Source of the DNA: Candidatus Methanophaga sp. AG-394-G06
GTDB taxonomy: Archaea; Halobacteriota; Syntropharchaeia; Alkanophagales; Methanospirareceae
Length of the DNA stretch: 64,000 bases
Assembly: GCA_009903405.1 (NCBI GenBank)
Contig: PRCZ01000001.1
Span: 55,612-119,611 of the forward strand
Direction: 5' to 3'
The notes under the pieces are model-generated. The model was not told the origin of the DNA. It saw only the letters and a program-made list of their open reading frames with translations, and did no database searches. Shown piece after piece: positions 1 through 8,450 of the stretch. The position numbers were made by a program, and so were the translations under genes. Positions within the stretch are counted from its first letter, which is position 1, and every line of letters starts with the position of its first letter.

Positions 1-405
1 GAGTTCTGCAGTGGTTTCAAGCATCAAGCCCATAGACGCATTCACTGGTCGTAGTTCCTTTAATTCCGCTCTACTCAGCACACCCAAATTACAGTGTGGC
101 AGTAATCCGCGTTTTATCGCGAGTTTGCACAGCTCTTTCGTGTATCCAATAAGAGAAGAACATCCCGAGCTGCTAAGGCGATCTATGAAGAAGTGTGATA
201 AATTCGCGAGTTCTGGCGTTTCACCGGCTGTGAAAAGAGCTTCTGTCGCTGATCCTTTATTAGTTATAATCTCTAAAAATTGTTTCTTGTCTATTACGTA
301 AGCCTCTTCGAGGCTGCGTGCTTTAAACACGCAATAATCACATGCATTCCTGCATACGTTCGTCACAGGTATGAAAATGTTCTTGGAGAAGGTGATGTAT
401 TTCAT
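1..405 (-). CDS. cofG: Radical SAM protein, CofG-like (FO synthase subunit 1), N-terminal part; gene runs off the left edge
   Basis: Minus frame is open from ATG at 405 to the window edge: MKYITFSKNIFIPVTNVCRNACDYCVFKARSLEEAYV...ALFTAGETPE. Has the CxxxCxxC cluster motif. Absent from the ORF track because there is no stop in the window. Confidence 0.65.
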   Translation of the reverse strand, partial: MKYITFSKNIFIPVTNVCRNACDYCVFKARSLEEAYVIDKKQFLEIITNKGSATEALFTAGETPELANLSHFFIDRLSSSGCSSLIGYTKELCKLAIKRGLLPHCNLGVLSRAELKELRPVNASMGLMLETTAEL

Positions 406-514
406 TTCCTTTTCTTCTATTTCTCTTTGATCGCATATATTTGATTTTTTTAGTTGACGACTCAAGTTAATGTATAAAAGTTAATCACTGGCTAATGTGG
501 GTGAGAGAGAGAAG

Positions 515-1372
515 ATGAAAATAATACCCGGAATATCGTCACAGCTCCTGGCTGCGAGAATAGCAACGGAACTGGACTGTAACGTCTCGTTATGCGAGTT
601 CAAGCGGTTCCCAGACGGCGAACTATACACGCGAGTATTAGACGACGTAAAAGACGAAGAAGTAACCATCGTCCAGAGTATCATAACAGATTCCGACCTG
701 ATATGCTTGCTACAATTGATAGATGCGGTAGAAGAAGCGCATGAAACAACCGTAGTTATACCGTATCTAGGGTATGCAAGACAGGATAAGAAGTTTAAAC
801 CCGGCGAGGCGATAAGTGCAAGGGCTGTTGCAAGGTGCTTGAGTCTGGATACTATAAAGAGGATTTATGTAGTTAATGTGCATAATAACGCCATATTGCA
901 GTATTTTGATAAAGATACAAAGGATCTGGATGCATCTCTCTCAATTGGTGATTACATAGCGAAGAAGGAAATAACTCGTCTGGTGATAATCGGACCAGAC
1001 GCCGGAGCGAAAGAGTTAGCGAAAGCAGTTGCCACACCTCATGGCTTCGATTACGATGTGCTGGATAAGCGGCGGATAAGCGGCGAGGAAGTGGAAATAA
1101 CGCCGAGAGCGTTGAGCGTGGAAGAAAGGAATGTTATCATCGTAGATGATATTATATCCACAGGCGGCACAATAGCAGAAGCGGCATCTATGCTAAAAGC
1201 GCAGGGCGCAGCGGACATTCATGTTACGTGCATACATGGCCTTTTTGTGCAAAATGCAACTCTACGAATGTTTAAAGCGGGAGTCAAAGAGATAATCGCA
1301 ACGGATACAATAGAATCCGCTTTTAGCTCGATAAGCATAGCTAAGATAGTTGCAGAAGCGTTAACGAGGTGA
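515..1372 (+). CDS. prs: Ribose-phosphate pyrophosphokinase
   Basis: MKIIPGISSQLLAARIA..., YLGYARQDKKF, and PRPP-binding loop VIIVDDIISTGGT. ATG at 515 preferred over GTG at 497. Confidence 0.9.
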   Translation: MKIIPGISSQLLAARIATELDCNVSLCEFKRFPDGELYTRVLDDVKDEEVTIVQSIITDSDLICLLQLIDAVEEAHETTVVIPYLGYARQDKKFKPGEAISARAVARCLSLDTIKRIYVVNVHNNAILQYFDKDTKDLDASLSIGDYIAKKEITRLVIIGPDAGAKELAKAVATPHGFDYDVLDKRRISGEEVEITPRALSVEERNVIIVDDIISTGGTIAEAASMLKAQGAADIHVTCIHGLFVQNATLRMFKAGVKEIIATDTIESAFSSISIAKIVAEALTR

Positions 1373-1380
1373 AAAAAATC

Positions 1381-1441
1381 CCACGAGATTTTTTTCGTCT
1401 TTCTATTTCTTCTGTGTTAATCTTGTAAAATCTTGTGGTTT
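1381..1441. repeat. Inverted copies of the 10-bp-periodic CCAC(G/A)AGATTTT element in the prs/secY convergent gap
   Basis: ccacgagattttttt (1381-1395, sense for prs) and gtgttaatcttgtaaaatcttgtggttt (1414-1441, sense for secY when reverse-complemented). The latter matches 48461-48488 at 27/28. Confidence 0.7.
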
Positions 1442-1449
1442 CTTTTTCG

Positions 1450-2904
1450 TCATTCGCCGCCGAAGAATCGCCTCATCGTCGGGTACATCTCCATCATCTG
1501 CTCAGATGCCACATCTTCATAAAGCCGGTATGCAATGCTCACCGCCAGAAGTAAACCAGTCCCTGACGCCTGCCCAAGTGTGCCGAACATACTTGAAACC
1601 ACGCACAACACGCCCAGAATAGCACCACCCATTAGCGCTATTTTCGGGATGTAGCCCTCCATCATTCGTTCTATCGTTGCCACGGTCCTGCGATGCCCGG
1701 GTATTTGTAGCCCTGAATTATGTATCTGCGCTGCCACATCTTTAGCACCCATTCCTGTTGTATTTATCCAGAACAGGGCAAATATCGCGCCACCTATGAT
1801 CATAAAAGAGAAGTCAATAGCCAATCGTATGGCAATTTGCCAGCCTTCAATACCCGGAAGCACAAGTGCAGGGTACCAATCCCAGGGGCTATATATTGGG
1901 CTGAGATAATACATCAAGCCGGAAACCGCATTGTTACCTTCATAAGTCCCAAAAATAGTAATTCCCTGAGAATAAAGCATTCTTCCAAAACCCTGTATGG
2001 TCGCCTGTAACGCTCTTACAAGAATCATCGGCAGCACACTTGCATACAACAGCTTAATAGGGAATTTGCCCCGTGCACCTCTTGCTACCGCATGTGCTAA
2101 CGGTATCTCTAATCGAGTGCTCTCAAGATAAACAACGGTGAAAAATACTGCAATAGTGGATATAAGTGCTATCATGTGATTTTGGAAGAGGAAAGTTATT
2201 CCGCCTTCCAGTATCTCGTACCCTGGTACTTGCTGCACTATTTCTATCCATCTTGGTATTACCCCCACAGCCCATCCGCTTTGATCAGGAATCCAACTTA
2301 TAAGACCGGTAATTACCTGTTGCGAGACACCTGCGAGGATGAACAGTGAAACACCAGATCCTATACCCCATTTTGAGACCACCTCATCCATGAAGTATAT
2401 CAGCATCCCACCAACGAAGACCTGAATAAACAGTAAGAAAGAAATGAAACGTAGAGATACGCCAAGCTGCGCTGCTACTGCAGGGTCCGGCATATAAAAG
2501 CCTATGACGTACGTCAGACTAATAAAAGCAGCAAAGACCAAAACGAGCAGTTTCTGTATGTTCTGATAAAACGCCTGATCCTTGGGATCGCTCAAGTTCA
2601 ACTTTACTATCCCGGCGCCGACTAAGAGTTGTAAGACAATAGAAGCATCAACAATCGGCATAATACCAAGAGCAGTTAGCGAGAATCGCTCTCCTGCGAA
2701 TATAGCACGCCATTGCCCGAAAAGATCCATTGACTCCGGAGATAGACCAAATAGAGGGATATTACCAAGGGCAAAAAAGAGAACGAGTATGCCCACTGTC
2801 CAGGCTAACTTAGTTTTAAAATGAACGTGCCACTCGGGACGTTCAACCATGGGGAATTTACCTAAAATAGACGATACGACATTTCTGAAGTTTATCTCAC
2901 TCAT
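1450..2904 (-). CDS. secY: Preprotein translocase subunit SecY
   Basis: 484 aa with 10-TM architecture. Archaeal SecY-like N-terminus (PEWHVHFKTKLAWT) and the canonical position directly after uL15. Confidence 0.92.
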   Translation of the reverse strand: MSEINFRNVVSSILGKFPMVERPEWHVHFKTKLAWTVGILVLFFALGNIPLFGLSPESMDLFGQWRAIFAGERFSLTALGIMPIVDASIVLQLLVGAGIVKLNLSDPKDQAFYQNIQKLLVLVFAAFISLTYVIGFYMPDPAVAAQLGVSLRFISFLLFIQVFVGGMLIYFMDEVVSKWGIGSGVSLFILAGVSQQVITGLISWIPDQSGWAVGVIPRWIEIVQQVPGYEILEGGITFLFQNHMIALISTIAVFFTVVYLESTRLEIPLAHAVARGARGKFPIKLLYASVLPMILVRALQATIQGFGRMLYSQGITIFGTYEGNNAVSGLMYYLSPIYSPWDWYPALVLPGIEGWQIAIRLAIDFSFMIIGGAIFALFWINTTGMGAKDVAAQIHNSGLQIPGHRRTVATIERMMEGYIPKIALMGGAILGVLCVVSSMFGTLGQASGTGLLLAVSIAYRLYEDVASEQMMEMYPTMRRFFGGE

Positions 2905-3324
2905 CTAAATAATACTCACCGTGCCTCCAGCACTTTCTATCTTCCCCTTCGCTGTTTCGGTAACTGCGTTCGCAGTGAGCATCAGCTTCTTCGTTACTTT
3001 TCCCTTGCCCAGAATCTTTTCTATGCCTAGCTCAGTGACATCGAGATAAATACCATCTGCTTTCTCTTCCGCTTTACCTTCTCTTATCAGTTCTTCTAGC
3101 ATCTCTTCTAAAATACCGATATTCAGTGTCCCTTCGTCATGGCGGTTATGCTGATTCGAGATATGCATCCCTTTTACTATCCCCATCTTCAACGATCGTA
3201 CGACATGGTGTGAGTGCGCTCCAGCGTTACCGACACCGCCCCTACTCCCGCTCCCTCTTCGTTTCTTATGTGAGCCACCGCCGCAGGTTCTTGTTCCGCG
3301 TATCCTTTTTAGTCTCTTCTTCAT
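2905..3324 (-). CDS. rpl15: 50S ribosomal protein uL15
   Basis: RGTRTCGGGSHKKRRGSGSRGGVGNAGAHSHH glycine/basic N-terminus. Its TAG stop abuts the secY ATG. Confidence 0.9.
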   Translation of the reverse strand: MKKRLKRIRGTRTCGGGSHKKRRGSGSRGGVGNAGAHSHHVVRSLKMGIVKGMHISNQHNRHDEGTLNIGILEEMLEELIREGKAEEKADGIYLDVTELGIEKILGKGKVTKKLMLTANAVTETAKGKIESAGGTVSII

Positions 3325-3450
3325 GATCTATGCAAGCCCTCTTAATCTTATAGTCTATCCTAGGTTTAAAAATATACCTAATATACATTTCTTTTTATAG
3401 CACAGCAATAGTATAGTTTTATATATTATAATATTAGGAGATTAAGGAAA

Positions 3451-4002
3451 ATGTCAGAAGTAGATATAAAGATAGAGAATGTAGTGGCGAATGCAAGGAT
3501 TACTGAGAGCCTGGACCTGGAATATGTTGAATCACAGTTAGAGGAAGCGATGTTCACGAAAAAGAAGTTCCCAGGTCTTGTGTATAGGACAAAAGAGCCC
3601 AAATCCGCTTTTCTTATCTTTCGTTCTGGGAAAGTAGTATGCACGGGAGCGAAGACCAAAGAAGGTGTGCGTACGGTGATGGATAAGCTTTCTACTGACC
3701 TCAGAGGCATAGGTATAGAGGTGGAAGAGCATCCCGAATTCAAAGTGCAAAATATCGTGGCTTCTGCCGATCTTGGAAAAGAACTTAATCTCGGAGCTAT
3801 TGTGATGGGATTAGAGCTTGAAGGCATGGAATATGAACCCGAAGTTTTTCCCGGATTAGTTTATCGTATAACCGATCCCAAGAGTGCCATATTGATTTTC
3901 AGCTCGGGTAAGCTGGTTATAACAGGTGGGAAGACGTTAGACGATTGTAAAAAGTCCGTAGAGATATTGCTGACCAAATTAAGGAGTTTAAACCTGTTTT
4001 AA
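3451..4002 (+). CDS. tbp: TATA-box binding protein
   Basis: Two direct repeats (IENVVANARI...FPGLVYR...LIFRSGKVVCTGAK and VQNIVASADL...FPGLVYR...LIFSSGKLVITGGK). Confidence 0.95.
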   Translation: MSEVDIKIENVVANARITESLDLEYVESQLEEAMFTKKKFPGLVYRTKEPKSAFLIFRSGKVVCTGAKTKEGVRTVMDKLSTDLRGIGIEVEEHPEFKVQNIVASADLGKELNLGAIVMGLELEGMEYEPEVFPGLVYRITDPKSAILIFSSGKLVITGGKTLDDCKKSVEILLTKLRSLNLF

Positions 4003-4012
4003 GCGTTTAGAA

Positions 4013-4825
4013 TTGATGGGCGATAAAGAGAAGCTGAAAATAGCAGTTGCGGGAAAGGGCGGTGTGGGGAAAACAACTATTGCTGGCACGCTCGCTCGGC
4101 TCCTTGCAAGGGATGGGCACAGTGTAATAGCAGTGGATGCTGATCCATCAATGAACTTAAAATTTGTATTGGGTATAAAGGATAACCCTAAGCCCGTGTC
4201 CGAACTAAAGGACTTGATTTTCGAGCGGACTAACGCTTATTCCGGGATTTACAAATTAAATCCCAAAGTGGATGATGTAATCAGAAGATACGGGGCAGAA
4301 GGACCCGATGGTGTGACATTGCTGGTAATGGGAACGATAGAGAAAGGCGGGTCGGGCTGTATATGCCCGGAAAATGCGTTCCTTGGCTCTTTACTGCGTC
4401 ATATCCTGTTCAAGGGGAACACGGTTATAATGGATATGGAAGCGGGGATAGAGCATTTGGGCAGGGGAACGGCAAAAGGGGTTGACTTACTGCTTGCCGT
4501 GGTCGAGCCAGGGATGAGGTCGGTAGAGACAGTCGGTAGAATAAAGACGCTCGGAATGGATATAGGGATAAAAAATGTGGCGGCGGTGATGAACAAGGTT
4601 ACAGATCCAGAGATGGTAAAAATGATAGAAACCAAATTAAATGAGATGGACATACCATTGTTGGCGATCATTCCTCACGATCCGGCGTTGATAACTGCAG
4701 ATATAGAGAATAAAGCACCTTTAGATGTAGGTGGGGACGCAGTTGAGCATATAAAAGCAATTAAAGAAATCTTAATTGATTGCCAAACAAATACCGAATA
4801 CTTAAATAGCAGATATAATAAATGA
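4013..4825 (+). CDS. cooC: CooC/MinD-family P-loop ATPase (Ni-insertion accessory type)
   Basis: Deviant Walker A GKGGVGKTT and CooC-type GSGCICPEN CxC motif. Confidence 0.75.
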   Translation: MMGDKEKLKIAVAGKGGVGKTTIAGTLARLLARDGHSVIAVDADPSMNLKFVLGIKDNPKPVSELKDLIFERTNAYSGIYKLNPKVDDVIRRYGAEGPDGVTLLVMGTIEKGGSGCICPENAFLGSLLRHILFKGNTVIMDMEAGIEHLGRGTAKGVDLLLAVVEPGMRSVETVGRIKTLGMDIGIKNVAAVMNKVTDPEMVKMIETKLNEMDIPLLAIIPHDPALITADIENKAPLDVGGDAVEHIKAIKEILIDCQTNTEYLNSRYNK

Positions 4826-4837
4826 GACTAGTAGCAG

Positions 4838-5131
4838 ATGGAGAACAAGGATAAAGAGCGGGATAAGAAAAGGGCAGAATATGAGGAAGGCTTAAAAAAG
4901 ACGTTGATACCAGTCGCATTCGGTGTTCTTGCTGGCATCTTATCCTCTATTTTGATAAAAGATCCCGTATCAACGGATGGTTTGATTATTGCAGTCATCA
5001 TGATATTTGTGCAGAAGTTTGTCTATCGGTCCTTGCATATACCCATGGAAGGTGTAAAAGACTGGATTTACCTCGCTTTTATGACTCTCTTCTGCTGGTT
5101 TGTCGCTTATACGTTAATGTTGAATCTGTAG
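4838..5131 (+). CDS. Small membrane protein, unknown function
   Basis: 97 aa with a charged N-terminus followed by three hydrophobic segments. Its 3' end overlaps ruvC convergently by 18 nt. Confidence 0.5.
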   Translation: MENKDKERDKKRAEYEEGLKKTLIPVAFGVLAGILSSILIKDPVSTDGLIIAVIMIFVQKFVYRSLHIPMEGVKDWIYLAFMTLFCWFVAYTLMLNL

Positions 5132-5602
5132 ATCAGAATTTAGAATAATGTGGGTGGCTGCGATAGCGAGGGCATCCGTGACATCATCGGGCTTTGGCAT
5201 TTCCTCTAATTTGAGATTCGCCATTACACTGGTGGCGACTTCGCTCTTCGTTGCCCTGCCATATCCGGTTATAATGCTCTTTACTTCGGAGGTGTTATAT
5301 TCATATGCCGGTATGTCGGAGATCGCAGCAGCTAAGAGACAAACTCCTCGTGCCTGACCAACACTTAACGCCGTCTTCACGTTGGTATTGAAGAAAATCA
5401 TCTCTATCGCCATAACATCAGGCGTCACGGCCTTTATCACTGCGAGCAGATCATAATAGATCTTTTTTAATCGCTCCGCATTCGATTGCGCGGGAGTTGT
5501 CTTCACATAACCAAAATCAATTGGTTTCAATCGCCCGTTGTTTAACTCGACAACACCCCATCCAGTGCGAGCAGTTCCTGGGTCTATTCCTATCACACGC
5601 AT
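5114..5602 (-). CDS. ruvC: Bacterial-type Holliday junction resolvase RuvC
   Basis: MRVIGIDPGTARTGWGVVE, AIEMIFF, PDDVTDALAIAATH. These give the full D-E-D-D RuvC signature in 162 aa. Confidence 0.85.
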   Translation of the reverse strand: MRVIGIDPGTARTGWGVVELNNGRLKPIDFGYVKTTPAQSNAERLKKIYYDLLAVIKAVTPDVMAIEMIFFNTNVKTALSVGQARGVCLLAAAISDIPAYEYNTSEVKSIITGYGRATKSEVATSVMANLKLEEMPKPDDVTDALAIAATHIILNSDLQIQH

Positions 5603-5610
5603 AAAAAAAT

Positions 5611-5650
5611 CTTTCTTTCAAAAAGTTTTAAAACCTTTACCAAAGAAATA
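5611..5650. repeat. 40-bp intergenic element, copy 1 (TTTTAAAA-centred imperfect palindrome)
   Basis: ctttctttcaaaaagttttaaaacctttaccaaagaaata; 39/40 identical to 5672-5711. TTTTAAAA lies about 27 nt upstream of the ruvC ATG. Confidence 0.85.
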
Positions 5651-5671
5651 ATATACCTCATATAAGATAAC

Positions 5672-5711
5672 CTTTCTTTCAAAAAGTTTTAAAAACTTTA
5701 CCAAAGAAATA
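5672..5711. repeat. 40-bp intergenic element, copy 2
   Basis: ctttctttcaaaaagttttaaaaactttaccaaagaaata, 61 nt downstream of copy 1 and upstream of csl4. Confidence 0.85.
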
Positions 5712-5768
5712 TTAATTATATTATATAAAATAAATTGTTAAAGGGAGTGAAAAGAAGAAAAGGAAGTA

Positions 5769-6332
5769 ATGGAGAAAGAAGAAGGGATTGTAGTTCCTGG
5801 GGATTTCCTGGGTACTTCTGAGGAATTTACGCCCGGAATGGGCGTGTATAATGAAACAGGGAATATCTATGCCTCTGTGACCGGAGAGATTAGCATAAGT
5901 GATAAGAGAGTTATAGATGTCCTGCCAAAGGTAGGGACACCACCAGTGCCAGAAGAAGGAGATGTGGTTATAGGCAGGATAGAAGATTTGAGAGATGCTG
6001 TTGCTGTCGTGAATATAGCGCGGGTGGAGGGTAAAGGAGATCGAGAAGTTGCCGCATCTACGCAGGCTATTATCCATATATCGAATATAAAGAGCGGGTA
6101 TGTGTCAGAATTGCAGCGTGAGTTTGGTTATCTGGATCTGGTGAAGGCGAAAGTGCTGGACGCAAAGGCATTAAGACTTAGCACGGAGGGGAATGATTTG
6201 GGCGTGATAAAAGCGATATGCGGGAAATGCAAAGGCGATTTGAAGATGAAAGGCAATACGCTGACGTGTGATAAGTGCAAGAGGGTAGAAGTAAGGAAGC
6301 TATCTGAGGATTATGGTAAGGGATTAGTGTAG
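5769..6332 (+). CDS. csl4: Exosome complex RNA-binding protein Csl4
   Basis: VVPGDFLG...FTPG N-terminal domain, S1-like core (GDVVIGRIEDL) and C-terminal zinc ribbon CGKC...CDKC. Confidence 0.85.
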   Translation: MEKEEGIVVPGDFLGTSEEFTPGMGVYNETGNIYASVTGEISISDKRVIDVLPKVGTPPVPEEGDVVIGRIEDLRDAVAVVNIARVEGKGDREVAASTQAIIHISNIKSGYVSELQREFGYLDLVKAKVLDAKALRLSTEGNDLGVIKAICGKCKGDLKMKGNTLTCDKCKRVEVRKLSEDYGKGLV

Positions 6333-6373
6333 CTATCATACTAAACAAAACTAAACTAAGGGGTGATCTGAGC

Positions 6374-6664
6374 ATGGAAGAGGGAGACATAAAGATAAAG
6401 GTAGTGGAGAGGAATGAGAATGAACTGCGGCTAGAGATAGAAGGGGAGGAAAATACACTTTTAGCACCGCTGACTTCCAAGCTCCTGGAGAATGAAAATG
6501 TAGACCTGGCAACCAATAGCATGACACATTCGCTGCTGGGCAATTCCATATTGTATGTAAAGATGAAAAAGGGCGATGCTTTAGAAGCCGTAGAATCTGC
6601 AGCTACTTCTCTTGCTTCCGACTTTGAAGAGTTTGGGCGGAAATACCGGGCGGCAATAGTCTAG
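6374..6664 (+). CDS. rpoL: DNA-directed RNA polymerase subunit L (Rpb11 homolog)
   Basis: 96 aa with LRLEIEGEENTLLAPLTSKLL...SILYVKMKKG. Has the conserved csl4-rpoL neighbourhood. The last 15 nt overlap tRNA-Gly. Confidence 0.7.
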   Translation: MEEGDIKIKVVERNENELRLEIEGEENTLLAPLTSKLLENENVDLATNSMTHSLLGNSILYVKMKKGDALEAVESAATSLASDFEEFGRKYRAAIV

Positions 6665-6720
6665 CGGTAGGACATAGGCTTCCCAAGCCTGTAACCCGGG
6701 TTCGAGCCCCGGTTGCCGCA
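6650..6720 (+). tRNA. tRNA-Gly (anticodon CCC)
   Basis: Manual cloverleaf: acceptor gcggcaa/ttgccgc, D stem gtct/ggac, anticodon stem taggc/gcctg with loop ttCCCaa, T arm ccggg-ttcgagc-cccgg, discriminator A. Confidence 0.9.
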
Positions 6721-6817
6721 TAAAACTTCCTCTCTTGGGGACGGTTTTCAGCATATAAGCTTTAGGATTTTATTTTATAAATCTTACCTAAACTAAATAC
6801 GATGTTGGGCGAATGAT

Positions 6818-7900
6818 ATGGACCAGATAAAGAAATATGAATTCAGGAAGATATTGGAAGAACTGAGGGAAAAGACCGGGCGAGGAACCGAGCTCGTTTC
6901 TGTTTACATCCCGTATGATAAACAGATCTCAGATGTTACTTCTCAGCTCCGTTCGGAGTACGGACAGGCGATGAACATAAAGAGTAAAACGACACGTACT
7001 AATGTTCAGAGCTCTCTGGATTCCATATTAGCAAAGCTGCGGTACGTGCGTGTGGATGAGAACGGATTGGTTATTTTCTGCGGCGCCGTAGCGAAGGGAG
7101 GAGACAGGACAGATATAGAAACATTCATTGTGGAGCCGCCAGCGGAGATACATTCCTATATTTACCATTGCGATTCGAGCTTCTTCCTCGAGCCACTGGA
7201 AGATCTAGTGGACGAGCACGAAAAATACGGCTTGATTGTGCTTGACAAACGAGAGGCAACTATCGGTGTATTGAATGGGAAGGTGATAGAGTCGCTGAAG
7301 CACATAACCTCCGCAGTTCCGGGAAAGATGAGAAAAGGTGGGCAGTCTGCACCGAGATTCCAGCGGCTGCGACTAATAGCAATCGGTGATTTTTATAAGC
7401 GAATAGGCGAACATACAACACAGGCATTGCTTCATATGGACCTGAAAGGCATTTTGATTGGTGGTCCCAGTCCGACGAAGGAGGAATTTTTAAAGGGGTC
7501 TTTCCTGCATTATGAGTTACAAGATAAGATTCTAGGTATTTTTGATGTCGCCTATACGGATGAATCAGGACTTTATGAACTCGTAGACAAAGCGGAAGAG
7601 GTATTAGAAGGGTTGGATTTGGTGCGTGAGAGGAAGCTGATGACAAAGCTCATGAAACTATTGGTTAATAAAGATTCTCTGGTGGCATACGGGGAACGAG
7701 AAGTGCGGCGGAAATTGGAACATGGTGCGGTGGATACGCTTTTGGTCTCAGAAGAGCTAGACAAGGAGCTTGTGCACGAGTTGGTGGAGATGGCTGAGGT
7801 GATAGGGTCAGAGGTGGAACTAATTTCGACTGAGTTTGAGGAAGGTGCGCAGTTAAAGCGAGCTTTTGGTGGTGTTGCTGCTATATTGCGCTATGGCTAG
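6818..7900 (+). CDS. prf1: Peptide chain release factor aRF1
   Basis: NIKS motif (AMNIKSKTTR), GGQ motif (KGGQSAPRF), 360 aa. Confidence 0.95.
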   Translation: MDQIKKYEFRKILEELREKTGRGTELVSVYIPYDKQISDVTSQLRSEYGQAMNIKSKTTRTNVQSSLDSILAKLRYVRVDENGLVIFCGAVAKGGDRTDIETFIVEPPAEIHSYIYHCDSSFFLEPLEDLVDEHEKYGLIVLDKREATIGVLNGKVIESLKHITSAVPGKMRKGGQSAPRFQRLRLIAIGDFYKRIGEHTTQALLHMDLKGILIGGPSPTKEEFLKGSFLHYELQDKILGIFDVAYTDESGLYELVDKAEEVLEGLDLVRERKLMTKLMKLLVNKDSLVAYGEREVRRKLEHGAVDTLLVSEELDKELVHELVEMAEVIGSEVELISTEFEEGAQLKRAFGGVAAILRYG

Positions 7901-8400
7901 AAGGTAAATTCGTGACATGGGCCTGTGTCCGCCCCACCGATTAAAAGCACACACACCAAAAGGCTTATATATATCATGTACACTTCCAATTTTTAACGGT
8001 CTGCTTTATGGAAGGCAATGAAAACGAAGAGGGACCTTACTTAAAGCGATACGAACGAAGCGTACTTTAGCTTGACCTGAAACGGCTCGGAACCATTTTG
8101 TGATGAAATCATCAATTTTCTTATTGTATTATCTAGATACTCAATATAGAATAAAGAACCCACCGCCGCCTTCGGAATTCAGCATCCTACCAGAGGCGGT
8201 GGGCAGTTATCTCTTCGTCCGGCAAACACACACCGGCGCGGGATAGCGGCCTGGTCATCGTCTACGCACTGGCACACCATCCGTGCGTTTAAAGAAGTGA
8301 CTCTCCCATCGGAGTCTCTCCTTATCAGCTAAAAAATTTGACTTTATGCTGTCATTGAAGCTTTCTGTTCTTTCCTCATTGTATACAAGGTATGATAGTT

Positions 8401-8436
8401 CTTTGGTAAAGCTTTTAAAACTTTTTGAAAGAAACG
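8401..8436. repeat. Third, inverted copy of the 40-bp TTTTAAAA-centred element
   Basis: The reverse complement cgtttctttcaaaaagttttaaaagctttaccaaag matches 5611-5645 and 5672-5706 except at the central base. Lies 15 nt past the stop of the STAND gene. Confidence 0.8.
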
Positions 8437-8450
8437 TTTGTAGAAAGTAG

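Noticed and set aside
11-301. 96-aa plus-strand ORF at the left edge
   Set aside because: It lies antisense to a much better minus-strand frame with radical-SAM CxxxCxxC and CofG-like blocks. Its composition is that of a shadow ORF.
6650-6664. 15-nt overlap of the rpoL ORF with tRNA-Gly
   Set aside because: It is most simply a coincidental extension of the rpoL frame to the first stop inside the tRNA. It is not evidence against either gene, and I claim no special mechanism.
7901-8450. SRP (7S) RNA or RNase P RNA in the gene-free gap
   Set aside because: I could not find the SRP helix-8 GGAA/AGCA core or the RNase P GAGGAAAGUCC / ACAGAA blocks on either strand. The middle of the gap is unstructured AT-rich sequence. 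Only a generic candidate ncRNA is retained.
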